This document shows, one piece after another, positions 29,772 to 38,784 of a stretch of DNA of 64,000 bases; positions within the stretch are counted from its first letter, which is position 1; every line of letters starts with the position of its first letter. Source of the DNA: Candidatus Marinacidobacterium sp. (lineage in GTDB: Bacteria > Acidobacteriota > Vicinamibacteria > Marinacidobacterales > Marinacidobacteraceae); NCBI GenBank assembly GCA_965204755.1, contig OZ242011.1, positions 2,080,001 through 2,144,000 of the forward strand, given 5' to 3'. Under the pieces are notes generated by a model, which worked only from the letters and a program-made list of their open reading frames with translations, had not been told where the DNA came from and searched no databases. The position numbers and the translations under genes were made by a program.

Positions 29772-31592
29772 ATGACCGATACCCCGACCGATACCCCGCC
29801 GCGCTCCCGCCGATTCCTCTGGATCGGCGCCGCCGCGCTCGCCGCCTTCGCGGCCCTGCTCGCCTTCCTGCCGACGCCCCCGGACGCGGAACCGCCCGGC
29901 GAGGCGAACGCCGAGACGCGCTTCGCGATCGTGGACGCGACGGTCTTCGACGGGACGGAGTTCCTGCCGAACCGCGATGTCTGGATCGAGGACGGACGCA
30001 TCCACCGGGTCGGACAACGGCTGCGCCTGCCGGACGACCTGCCGCGGGTGGACGGCGCCGGCCGCACGCTCCTGCCGGGAATGCTCGACGCCCACATCCA
30101 TGCCCTGGCGTCGGCGCTGGGAGACTCGCTCCGGTTCGGGGTCACCACGGTCCTCGACCAATTCACGATGACCGACTTCGCCGCGGCGAAACGCCCCGCC
30201 CGCGAAGTCATCGCCCGCACCGCCGAAGCCGACCTCTACTCGGCCGGCACGCTCGCGACCGCCCCCGGAGGACACGGAACCCAGTTCGGCGTCGAGATCG
30301 AAACCCTGGAATCGCCTGAAGAAGCCGCGGCGTTCGTCGCGGCGCGCAAGGCCGAAGGCTCCGACTGGATCAAGGTCGTCTTCGAGGACGGAAGCGCCTA
30401 CGGCTTCGAAACCCCGACGCTCGATGCCGCCACCGTCGCCGCGTTGATCGAGGCCGCGCACGCCGAAGACCTGCTGGCGGTCGTCCATGTGAGCACCCTC
30501 GAACGCGCCCGCCAGGCGGTCGCCGCCGGCGCGGACGGCCTGGTCCACACCTGGGCGGACGAAGTGATCCCGGAGGAAGACGCGCGGGCGTTCGCCGAAG
30601 CCGGCGTCTTCGTCGCCCCCACCCTCTCGGTGGTGCTCGCCGCCGCCGGCCAGTCGATGGGCGAAGCGCTGCTCGAGGAGGCCGCCGACCGCGTTTCCGC
30701 GACGCAGCGCCAAACCTTGAGCAACTCGTTTCCCCGGGCTTCGGGTTCGCCCGAAACCGCCCTCGAGAATGTGCGCCGGCTCCACGCCGCCGGCGTCCCC
30801 ATCCTCGCCGGGACGGACGCCCCGAATCCCGGAACCGGCGCCGGGGTCTCGATGCACGGCGAGTTGCGCCTGCTCGAACGCGCCGGCCTCGCCCCGGCGG
30901 AGGCGCTGGCCGCCGCGACTTCGCTTCCGGCCTCCGCCTTCGGCGTCCCCGACCGGGGCGTGATCGCGGAAGGCGCGCTCGCCGACTTGGCGCTCGTGAA
31001 CGGCGACCTGGAGGCGGACCTGACCCGCAGCCTCGACCTCGCCGCCGTCTGGAAGGACGGTTTCGCCGTGGCGACGGCGGTCGCCGAAGATGCCGGTTCG
31101 TTCCCGGCGGCGCCGGACGAACCCCTGATCTCCGACTTCGAGGACGGCCTCGAGGCCCGCTTCGGCTTCGGCTGGCAGGTGACCACCGACGCCATCTCCC
31201 GCGGCAACTCGGTCGCCGAACTCTCCGTCGAGGACGGCGCGCTGCTGGTCGAAGGCGAAGTGAAGGCCGGTTTCGCCTTCCCCTGGGCCGGGGCGATCTA
31301 CTTCGCCGGCGCCGAACCGATGCAGCCGCTCGACTTCTCCGGACGAACGACGCTCCGTTTCCGCGTCCGGGGCGACGGCAGCCCGCTCTTCGCCATGCTG
31401 TTCGGCGAAGACCCGACCGCCGGAATCCCGCCCACCGTGCCCTTCGAGGCCGGCCCGGAATGGAGCGTCGTCGAAATCCCCCTCGCCGACTTCCCCGCCG
31501 ACGCCCCCGAAATCATCTCCGCCATCGCCTTCGTCGCCCAAGCCCCGCCCCGAACCTTCTCCTTCGCCCTCGACGACCTCGAAATCCGCTGA
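29772..31592 (+). CDS. Amidohydrolase with C-terminal CIA30/CBM-like domain
   Basis: LLPGMLDAHIH, AGTDAPN, GALADLALV; C-terminal ISDFEDG...LDFSG...FRVRGDG. Confidence 0.85.
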   Translation: MTDTPTDTPPRSRRFLWIGAAALAAFAALLAFLPTPPDAEPPGEANAETRFAIVDATVFDGTEFLPNRDVWIEDGRIHRVGQRLRLPDDLPRVDGAGRTLLPGMLDAHIHALASALGDSLRFGVTTVLDQFTMTDFAAAKRPAREVIARTAEADLYSAGTLATAPGGHGTQFGVEIETLESPEEAAAFVAARKAEGSDWIKVVFEDGSAYGFETPTLDAATVAALIEAAHAEDLLAVVHVSTLERARQAVAAGADGLVHTWADEVIPEEDARAFAEAGVFVAPTLSVVLAAAGQSMGEALLEEAADRVSATQRQTLSNSFPRASGSPETALENVRRLHAAGVPILAGTDAPNPGTGAGVSMHGELRLLERAGLAPAEALAAATSLPASAFGVPDRGVIAEGALADLALVNGDLEADLTRSLDLAAVWKDGFAVATAVAEDAGSFPAAPDEPLISDFEDGLEARFGFGWQVTTDAISRGNSVAELSVEDGALLVEGEVKAGFAFPWAGAIYFAGAEPMQPLDFSGRTTLRFRVRGDGSPLFAMLFGEDPTAGIPPTVPFEAGPEWSVVEIPLADFPADAPEIISAIAFVAQAPPRTFSFALDDLEIR

Positions 31593-31641
31593 TCCCTCCC
31601 GCGGCAGAAGGCGGCTCGATCCGCGGAGCGGCGGATGCCCC

Positions 31642-32391
31642 TCAACCGACCAGCGGCTCGAACTCCGGTCCGCTCATCGGTTCGTGGCGTTCCCATCGAC
31701 TCCGCATTTCCACGAGAACGCGTTGCTCCGACGGGTACGGAGGAAGATTCACCCGCACGACGCGAGCCTCGTAGTTTCCGTCGGACTCCGTCATGGCCAT
31801 CATGAGATCGTGGACGAAGTACCGCGGCGCCCAACCGATGAGGTAGTAGTCCGGCGTCGTCTGGATTTGGACCGCCGGATACTTGGTGGGATTCGTAAGT
31901 TCGACTGCGACATGCAGTCGTTCCTCCGGCAGAAGTCTCTCGACCCTGGCAATCGAATCGTCGTTGGTGTTACGAAGACCATGGAGGAAGAACCGACAGA
32001 TGAACGAGCCGTCGTCGTTCTTGAACAACCTCGGGAAGACCTCGTAATGGTCGGTCATGCGGCGACCCCCGTCCACGGCCAGGATATCCGTGAAGTGCGC
32101 GGAGGGCTCGAGATCCATTCGAGTGATGTACTCTCGGAAATCCGGCCGCTTCGGAGACATCAACCGATTCTGGAAAACCGGGAAGAGTTGCGACGACGCG
32201 TAGTCGCCGTGGAGGTCGGAGAACCCGGGAACGACTTCGAATCCACCGGTTGCCTTGGCGCTCTCGGCGCCCTTGACATGGCGGAAACGATAGTGCGGCG
32301 CGGCCAGATCCACATCGAGTCGTCCCACCGGGAACCAAGCGCGCGTCCGCCCTCGATCCTGCCAGCCGAGGTACAGCGTTCTCTCACTCAT
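31642..32391 (-). CDS. HipS-like/HIRAN-domain protein, putative antitoxin
   Basis: WFPVGRL, LFPVFQNRLMSPKRPD, FFLHGLR, NPTKYPAVQI, IGWAPRY; ATGA-coupled to the kinase. Confidence 0.75.
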   Translation of the reverse strand: MSERTLYLGWQDRGRTRAWFPVGRLDVDLAAPHYRFRHVKGAESAKATGGFEVVPGFSDLHGDYASSQLFPVFQNRLMSPKRPDFREYITRMDLEPSAHFTDILAVDGGRRMTDHYEVFPRLFKNDDGSFICRFFLHGLRNTNDDSIARVERLLPEERLHVAVELTNPTKYPAVQIQTTPDYYLIGWAPRYFVHDLMMAMTESDGNYEARVVRVNLPPYPSEQRVLVEMRSRWERHEPMSGPEFEPLVG

Positions 32392-33278
32392 GGCAGGCAC
32401 TCGACGATCCGGGCGGCATTGTAGCGCATGAGCGATGCGGCGAATTCCCGATCCGGTCCGGTCATCCAATTCTCGGGAACGCGATGGACCAGATCGAGGA
32501 AGTCCACTTCGAGGTCACGGACTCTCTCGATCGGATCCCGAAACAGATCCGGGTAAGCGGGCGTGGCTCTACGGACGATCTCCAGAGGGCTTGGGCCGTG
32601 CCGCCCCCTGTCCGTCCAGTACACGGCGCCGCGCGCCCGCTCGGAGTAGCGGCCGACACCTCCTTCGCGCAGTTTTCCCTCTCGCTTCGCGTCTCGAAGT
32701 TCTCGCCCCAGGGAGGACGCGTGGTCGAAAGTCGGCGCGAGGCGGCCCTTGATGTCGGTCTCCGTCGGTTCGACCAGAACTCCCCAGTTCTCGTGATGAC
32801 GATCGGTGTTGCCGATGAGCGCGTCGAGAACGATGTAGCCGGCGAACTGCCGCTTGGCTGTCGCCGCCGCTGCTTCCGACCGAGAGGCGACTTCGAGAGC
32901 ATGGAGAATGTTGGAGAGCGTATGAGCCGATTGCCCGAAGCGTTTGTCGCGATCGTACGACATCGCGGCAGCGAGGACTTCATTACCGTGCCAAAGTGTG
33001 CGGTGATCGCTCGTAAACGACTTGGTAATGGAACCTCGAACACCGCAGATCGTCGCCAACTCCACTACGGCGTGAAGGATTCGGAGGTGACCTGCGATCT
33101 CGGCGGCGATCTTCTCAGCCCAATGCTGGCCGGTGCCCTCCTGGGGATATTTGAACAACCAAGAGGCCTCGCTGCGGGAACGCCGATACCAGAACTTGTC
33201 CTTGCTACCCATCGTTTCATGGACGAGCATACTGTCCGGATCGACCTGTTGAACGGGAAAGAACGCGTCTTCCGACAC
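32388..33278 (-). CDS. HipA-family Ser/Thr kinase
   Basis: MGSKDKFW, LFKYP, WAEKIA, LDALIGNTDRHHENWG, LAPTFDHASSLG; start GTG 33278 approximate. Confidence 0.85.
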   Translation of the reverse strand: MSEDAFFPVQQVDPDSMLVHETMGSKDKFWYRRSRSEASWLFKYPQEGTGQHWAEKIAAEIAGHLRILHAVVELATICGVRGSITKSFTSDHRTLWHGNEVLAAAMSYDRDKRFGQSAHTLSNILHALEVASRSEAAAATAKRQFAGYIVLDALIGNTDRHHENWGVLVEPTETDIKGRLAPTFDHASSLGRELRDAKREGKLREGGVGRYSERARGAVYWTDRGRHGPSPLEIVRRATPAYPDLFRDPIERVRDLEVDFLDLVHRVPENWMTGPDREFAASLMRYNAARIVECLP

Positions 33279-33286
33279 GGCGGCGG

Positions 33287-34936
33287 TTACTGCGCCCGGT
33301 ACCCCGGCCCCCGGAGGACCCGGCCGGGGAGGGCGTCGGTGGGGCGGCCGTCGGCGATGACGGCGACGCCGTTCACGAAGACCCAGTCGATGCCGATGGG
33401 GTAGCGCTCCGGCTCCTGGAAAGTCGCCTGGTCGCGCACTCCTTCGGGGTCGAAGAGGACCAGGTCGGCGCGCATTCCGGGGCGGATCAACCCCCGGTCG
33501 GCGAGGCCCAGGCGGTTCGCCGGGGCGGAGGTCATCTTGCGCACCGCTTCTTCGAGGGTCAGCAGCCCCTCCTCGCGCACATATTTCGCCAGGACGCGGG
33601 GATGCGTGCCGAAGGAACGCGGGTGCGGTTTCCCCATCGGCGTCCGCATACCCGCGGCGAGCGCGCTCCCGTCGGAGCCGATGTGGGTGAACGGGAGCGC
33701 CAGGGCCTGTCTCAGGTTCGGCTCCGTGTTGCCGAAGGAGATCTGGAAACCTTCGCCCTCCTGTTCGACCAGCAGGTCGAGCAGCGCTTCCTCCGGCGAG
33801 GTGTCCCGCGCGGTTCCGAGATCCACGATGGAGAGGCCGTCCACTTCGGCCCGGAAGGAACTCACGAAGGTCCGCTCCCACCTGGGGCGCTCCCGCTCCC
33901 GCTCGCGGAGTTCGGCGAGCAGCCGCTCCCGGTCCGCCTCGTCGGTCAGCCGCTCCAGCATCCGTTCGGCGCCGCCCTCCTGCGCCCATTGGGGCAGCAG
34001 CGAGCGCAGGTAGGTCCAGCCGGCGATGTAGGGGTACGCATTCCCGGTCACTTCCACCCCGAAGGCGCGCGCCTCGGCGATGACTTCGGCGTACTCGGCG
34101 ATCCGGTCGCCGGAAGTGGAGTTCAGGTGGTGGATCTCGAGCCCGGCGCCCGAGTCCCGGGCGATGGCGATTCCTTCGTGGAGCCCCTCGACGCCGCTCC
34201 GCAGGTGGCTCACATAGAAGCCGCCGTACGACGCCGCGACCCGCGCCAGCGCCGTCAACTCCTCGGTGTCGGCGAACGCGTTCGGGATGTACGCCAGGCC
34301 GCTCGCCAGCGCGAAGGCGCCCTGCTCCATCGCTTCGGCGACGAGCCGCTCCATCTCCCGCAACTCCTCGTCGGTCGCTTCGCGCTCCTCGTAGCCGACC
34401 ACCGAGGCGCGCACCTGTCCCGAACCCACATAGGACACCACATTGAGGCCGATCCCCGCGGCGTCCAGCCGGTCGAGGTAGCCGCCGAGCGTCGTCCAGT
34501 CGCGCTCGATCGGCGGCGCCACCATCATCGGGTCGTCCACCGCCGGCCCGAGCACCGGGCCCGCCGAAAGGTGTTCGCCCAGCACTTCGGTGGTCACCCC
34601 CTGCGCCACCTTGCTCAGCGCCCGCGGGTCCACGACCAGCCCGTACTCCGAATGGGCATGCATGTCGATGAATCCCGGCGCGAGCGCCCGGCCCCGGGCC
34701 TCGACGACCTGCGCGGCCGGAGGAGTCTCCGGCCCGACCGAAGTGATCGTGTCCCCGGTCACCGCCACATTCGCGCGGTACCAAGGACTGCCGGTCCCGT
34801 CCACCACCCGCGCGCCGACGATCAGCAGGTCGGCCTGATTCGCGGTCTCGGGCGCCGGCCCGCTGCAGCCGGCGAAGAAGAAGACGGAGGCCAGCAGCCT
34901 CCCGGCCCGCGCGGCCGCGTTCGTTCGCATCGTCAT
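33287..34936 (-). CDS. N-acyl-D-amino-acid deacylase family lipoprotein
   Basis: APGFIDMHAHS, QGVTTEV, GSDG, HPRSFGT, RGLIRPGMRADLVLFD; FAGC lipobox. Confidence 0.9.
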   Translation of the reverse strand: MTMRTNAAARAGRLLASVFFFAGCSGPAPETANQADLLIVGARVVDGTGSPWYRANVAVTGDTITSVGPETPPAAQVVEARGRALAPGFIDMHAHSEYGLVVDPRALSKVAQGVTTEVLGEHLSAGPVLGPAVDDPMMVAPPIERDWTTLGGYLDRLDAAGIGLNVVSYVGSGQVRASVVGYEEREATDEELREMERLVAEAMEQGAFALASGLAYIPNAFADTEELTALARVAASYGGFYVSHLRSGVEGLHEGIAIARDSGAGLEIHHLNSTSGDRIAEYAEVIAEARAFGVEVTGNAYPYIAGWTYLRSLLPQWAQEGGAERMLERLTDEADRERLLAELRERERERPRWERTFVSSFRAEVDGLSIVDLGTARDTSPEEALLDLLVEQEGEGFQISFGNTEPNLRQALALPFTHIGSDGSALAAGMRTPMGKPHPRSFGTHPRVLAKYVREEGLLTLEEAVRKMTSAPANRLGLADRGLIRPGMRADLVLFDPEGVRDQATFQEPERYPIGIDWVFVNGVAVIADGRPTDALPGRVLRGPGYRAQ

Positions 34937-35132
34937 CGTTCCCTCCTGCCGGGGCTGCCCGTAGGTTACCGGGGATCGGGCCGCTGCCGGCCGGCGGCCG
35001 CCCCGGTCAGCCCGTGGAGGAGGTCCGGGGAGCGCCCGTCGGCGCGAAGCGCCGACCGGGGAGGGGTGCGGGGAGGGGGTGGCCCCCTCCCCGCGGAAGA
35101 TGGCGGAGCGAATCGCGCAGCGATTCGCTCCG

Positions 35133-37655
35133 TCAGAAGAACCGGATCGAGTAACTCAGTCGGAACCCGCGTCCGATCTGCGGGGCGCGGTCCTTGATGA
35201 TCGAGGTGTGGTACCGGTACTCCGCATCGGTGAGGTTGTAGCCCCGCAGCGAAACGCTGTGGGTGGTGTGCGCGCCGACGAACACATACGCCGCGGTGAG
35301 GTCGAAGACTGCGTAGCCGTCGGTGGGCGTCTCGCCGGTGTAGACGCGGTCCATCCGGGCCGCCCAGCGCACGGAAGGCGTGATGGAGAGGCGCTGGATC
35401 GGGAGACGCAGTTCCGCCTTGCCCTGCAGCGGCGGAATCCGCGGGGCGTAGTCGTTGGTCTGCGTCAGCCGGGCATCCACCCACGAAGCGGTAACCGACA
35501 GTTCCGCGGCGCCGAGGTGGGCGCCGGCTTCGAGGTCGAATCCCTGGTAGCGGGCGTCGGTCTGTCCGAACTCCAGCACCGGGAATCCGCCCTCTTCTTC
35601 CCCGGTGGCGGCGGCGAAGATGAAGTCGTTGGTCTGGTAACGGAAGAAGTTGAGGCTGCCGTGGAATTCGTCGGCGCGGTGCCGCAGGCTCATCTCGAAC
35701 CCGAGGGAGCGTTCCGCTTCGAGGTTCGGGTCGCCGATGTCGAACGACATGTTCCCGGCGTGCGGCCCGAAGTTGTACAACTCTTCGATCGCCGGCGCCC
35801 GGGTGGAATAACTGACCGTCCCGACCAGCGAGGACCGGTCGTCGAGAGCCAGCCGCGCGCCCAGACTCCCGGAAGCGCCGAGGAAGTCCCGATCGCGGAC
35901 CGGCGGCGCCTCGTGTTCGTCGTGGTGCTCGCCCTCTTCCTCTTCGTCGTGGTGCTCGCCTTCCTCTTCCTCTTCCTCGTCGTGGTGCTCCTCTTCCTCC
36001 TCTTCGTGGTGCTCCTCTTCCTCGTGCGCGTGGCCGGCCGCCTCCGGCCGTTCCCCGGCCTGGTAGTCGCTTCGTTCGAGCCGCGCCCCGAGGAGCAGGT
36101 CGACCCGGTCGCCGACCTGGAACTCGTTGTAAGCGAACGCGGCGAAGGCGTTCTGCCTCACTTCCGGCGACAGCGCTTCCTCGCCGGCGCTGGCGAAGTC
36201 GCGCAGGTGTCCCCAGCCGCCGAGCCGGCTGCGGAACCTTCCGGCGGTCCGCTTCAACTCGCCGCGAAGGACGATGGAGCGATTCTCGAAGGTCGTGGCC
36301 ACGATTTCGTCGCCGTCGGGGAAGACCTCGATCTCCTCGTGCCCGTAGTCCGAGTAGCGGACGGTGAACGCCGCTTCGTCGAAACCCGGTACCGGGTCGA
36401 AGATTCCGAAGTCGGTGCGCAGTTGCCGGCGGTCCATCGTGATGTCGGCCTGCGCGTCCTCGTGCGCGTGTTCGTCCTCTTCGTGCCCTTCCTCTTCTTC
36501 GTCGTGGTGCTCGCCTTCTTCCTCTTCTTCGTGGTGTTCGCCTTCCTCCTCTTCGTGCTCTTCGTGCTCGTCGTGGTCTTCTTCACCGTGCGCGTGGAAG
36601 GGCACTCCGTACCGCGAATCGTCCATCTTCCCGGAAACCGAGAACCAGGCGCGGTCGCCCAGCAGGCCGATGCCGACTTCCCCCTGGTCCATCCGGGTGT
36701 GGGTGTTCTCCACCGGGCCGCCGGGCGCTTCGTAGTCCCCGGTGCGGACGGTGTTCCCGCCGCCCCAGACGAACCATCCGTCTCCGCCGGCCTGGAGGCG
36801 CGTCCCGGCGCGGCGGCCTTCGTCACCGACCGAACCGGCGAGGCTCGCCTGGCCCCGGAAACCCGGCGGCGGGCGCCGCGCGAGATGCGAGCCCATGGAG
36901 ACCACATTCACCGCGCCTCCGATCGCGTTCGAGCCGTAGAGCAGCGTCGCCGGCCCGCGCACCACTTCCACCCGCTCCGCCTGCGAGCCGTCCACCGGCA
37001 CGCCGTGGTCGGCCGAGGTCGCGCCCAGGTCGCCGGTGCGGACGCCGTCTTCCATGATCAGCACCCGGTCGCCGTCGAAGCCGCGGAGGATGGGGCGGGT
37101 GGAGCCCGGTCCCGCGCTGCGGATCGCCACTCCCGCGCGGCCTTCGAGCAGCGTCGCCAGCGTTTCGGCGCCCGCTCCCTGGAGTTCGGCCCCGGCCAGC
37201 GAAGACACCGAACTGAAATTGTCCAGCGTGGAGGAGTCACCGGCGGAAGCGGTAACCGTGATGCGTTCGGCGATGTGGGGGGTGATATCGACCGAGATGG
37301 GCTCGGCGAGCGGCTGGACGCCGTCGTCGCGATGCTCCAACTCGACGATGCGGCGGGCGGAAAGACCGCCGAGTTCCACCAGGAGGGTGAGCACCGGATA
37401 TTCCTCCGGCGCCGCCGCGACTTCGAAGGCGCCGGCATCGTCGGAGTAAACCCGCTGTCCGGTCTCGAGGACCAGCACTTCGGCGCCGTGCCCGGGGTTG
37501 TCCGTCGAGCCGATGACGATCGTGCCCCGGACGGCGATTTCGTGGGCGTAGGCGGAAGCGCCGATCGCCAGCGCTCCCGCGGTCAGGCCGACCCGGAAGC
37601 CGGCCCGCAGGGAAAGGGGGGTAAGAAGAAAGGGAAAGGGGGAATGCCGCCGCAT
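35133..37655 (-). CDS. TonB-dependent receptor, ZnuD-like, with His/Glu-rich loops
   Basis: ERITVTA TonB box, RPILRGFDGDRV, EVVRGPATLLYGSNAIGGAVN plug, C-terminal F; GAGG RBS. Confidence 0.93.
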   Translation of the reverse strand: MRRHSPFPFLLTPLSLRAGFRVGLTAGALAIGASAYAHEIAVRGTIVIGSTDNPGHGAEVLVLETGQRVYSDDAGAFEVAAAPEEYPVLTLLVELGGLSARRIVELEHRDDGVQPLAEPISVDITPHIAERITVTASAGDSSTLDNFSSVSSLAGAELQGAGAETLATLLEGRAGVAIRSAGPGSTRPILRGFDGDRVLIMEDGVRTGDLGATSADHGVPVDGSQAERVEVVRGPATLLYGSNAIGGAVNVVSMGSHLARRPPPGFRGQASLAGSVGDEGRRAGTRLQAGGDGWFVWGGGNTVRTGDYEAPGGPVENTHTRMDQGEVGIGLLGDRAWFSVSGKMDDSRYGVPFHAHGEEDHDEHEEHEEEEGEHHEEEEEGEHHDEEEEGHEEDEHAHEDAQADITMDRRQLRTDFGIFDPVPGFDEAAFTVRYSDYGHEEIEVFPDGDEIVATTFENRSIVLRGELKRTAGRFRSRLGGWGHLRDFASAGEEALSPEVRQNAFAAFAYNEFQVGDRVDLLLGARLERSDYQAGERPEAAGHAHEEEEHHEEEEEEHHDEEEEEEGEHHDEEEEGEHHDEHEAPPVRDRDFLGASGSLGARLALDDRSSLVGTVSYSTRAPAIEELYNFGPHAGNMSFDIGDPNLEAERSLGFEMSLRHRADEFHGSLNFFRYQTNDFIFAAATGEEEGGFPVLEFGQTDARYQGFDLEAGAHLGAAELSVTASWVDARLTQTNDYAPRIPPLQGKAELRLPIQRLSITPSVRWAARMDRVYTGETPTDGYAVFDLTAAYVFVGAHTTHSVSLRGYNLTDAEYRYHTSIIKDRAPQIGRGFRLSYSIRFF
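35911..36035 (-). repeat. His/Glu-rich coding repeat 2 in TonB receptor
   Basis: HAHEEEEHHEEEEEEHHDEEEEEEGEHHDEEEEGEHHDEHE. Confidence 0.85.
36460..36597 (-). repeat. His/Glu-rich coding repeat 1 in TonB receptor
   Basis: HAHGEEDHDEHEEHEEEEGEHHEEEEEGEHHDEEEEGHEEDEHAHED. Confidence 0.85.
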
Positions 37656-37752
37656 GAGGAACCTCCTCGCGTCGCAGGCAGGGAGGAACGACCGTCCACA
37701 GGCTCGCCGACGCGGGAGCCGGCCGTTACCGGACTATGGAGTTCGTCGGCGG

Positions 37753-38034
37753 TCAGGCCGGCGGCCCGCGGGGCGCGCCGGACTCGAGGACCGGCGGCGG
37801 CGCGCGGCGCTCTTCCTCGGCGACGACCGACCCGGTGACCGCGGACGGCGCCGGAACCACCCCGCCCGTCGGGACGGCGGCGCTCTCGACGGTCGAGGTC
37901 GCGCAGATCCGGCACTCCGATTCGGGCCGGTCCGGGTGGTCGTGGAGCGCCCAGGCAGCCGGCGCGAACAGCGCCATCGCCAACAGGAGGGCGATGGCCA
38001 CTGCCGCGCGCGGGCGGCCGCTTCCGCTGATCAT
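37753..38034 (-). CDS. DUF2946-like (CruR/CutF-like) leader protein
   Basis: Signal peptide, HDH...CRIC, Pro-rich C-terminus ending PRGPPA; about 97 nt upstream of the TonB receptor; TGCTAGGCT extended -10 at 38048-38056. Confidence 0.75.
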   Translation of the reverse strand: MISGSGRPRAAVAIALLLAMALFAPAAWALHDHPDRPESECRICATSTVESAAVPTGGVVPAPSAVTGSVVAEEERRAPPPVLESGAPRGPPA

Positions 38035-38125
38035 GTCCGAACCGGGAAGCCTAGCAGCCCGTGGCTTCCCTGCCCGTCGGGCCGCGCGGAGGGGCGCCGC
38101 CGTCACTCCCCGCCCGGTTCCCGGG

Positions 38126-38716
38126 TCACCGTTCCGGGACGAACTCGATGACCAGGTTGCGGAGCGGGGCGTCGCCGATGTTCTTCACGATGTGGACCAC
38201 CGGCGGGTTGAACTTGATCGTCCCCGGGACCTGGGTCTTGAAGACTTCGTCGGCGCCGTCCGGCCACTGCTGCAACTCGGTCGCGCCGAGCACCAGCACC
38301 ACCCGGGCGGCGTGGGAGTGGCGGGCGCGCGTGTCCCCCGGCTCCAGCCGCTCCTCGAAGACGAAGTAGCCGTCCCCGGCGTGGAGCCGGAGGTTCTTCT
38401 CCGCCGCGATCTCTTCGTCCGGCCCGGCGGCCGGCGGCCGGTCGGGCTTCAGGTTCACCTCCGCCCAGTCCTCGCCGGAAACGCGGTAGGCCTCCCCGGC
38501 GGGAACGACCAGCGCGTCGCCGTAGGCGAGACGCGCCGCTTCGCCGCCCGCGCGCTCGACCGCGACTTCGCCGAAGGACACGACCACCCGGTCGCCGCAG
38601 CCGGGGCCGGCCTCGGCGCAGGGCGCCGCGCCCCGATGCACCGCCGCCCAGGCGTTGTCCAGGACCGGGTCGGCGGGGGCCGCCGCGGCGAACAGGAGGA
38701 GGAAAAGTGACTGCAT
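38126..38716 (-). CDS. Secreted cupin-like protein
   Basis: Signal peptide; RLEPGDTRARHSH...VVHIVKNIGDAPLRNLVIE. Confidence 0.7.
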   Translation of the reverse strand: MQSLFLLLFAAAAPADPVLDNAWAAVHRGAAPCAEAGPGCGDRVVVSFGEVAVERAGGEAARLAYGDALVVPAGEAYRVSGEDWAEVNLKPDRPPAAGPDEEIAAEKNLRLHAGDGYFVFEERLEPGDTRARHSHAARVVLVLGATELQQWPDGADEVFKTQVPGTIKFNPPVVHIVKNIGDAPLRNLVIEFVPER

Positions 38717-38784
38717 CGGGCCCGCTCCGTGGTGGTTCGCGGCCCCGGCGGGAGCGCCGGGCCGCTGTCCTACGATAGCGGCGA

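Noticed and set aside
29775-29798. Short direct duplication ACCGATACCCC(G) at a gene start
   Set aside because: In-frame and only two units; no associated element suggesting a target-site duplication
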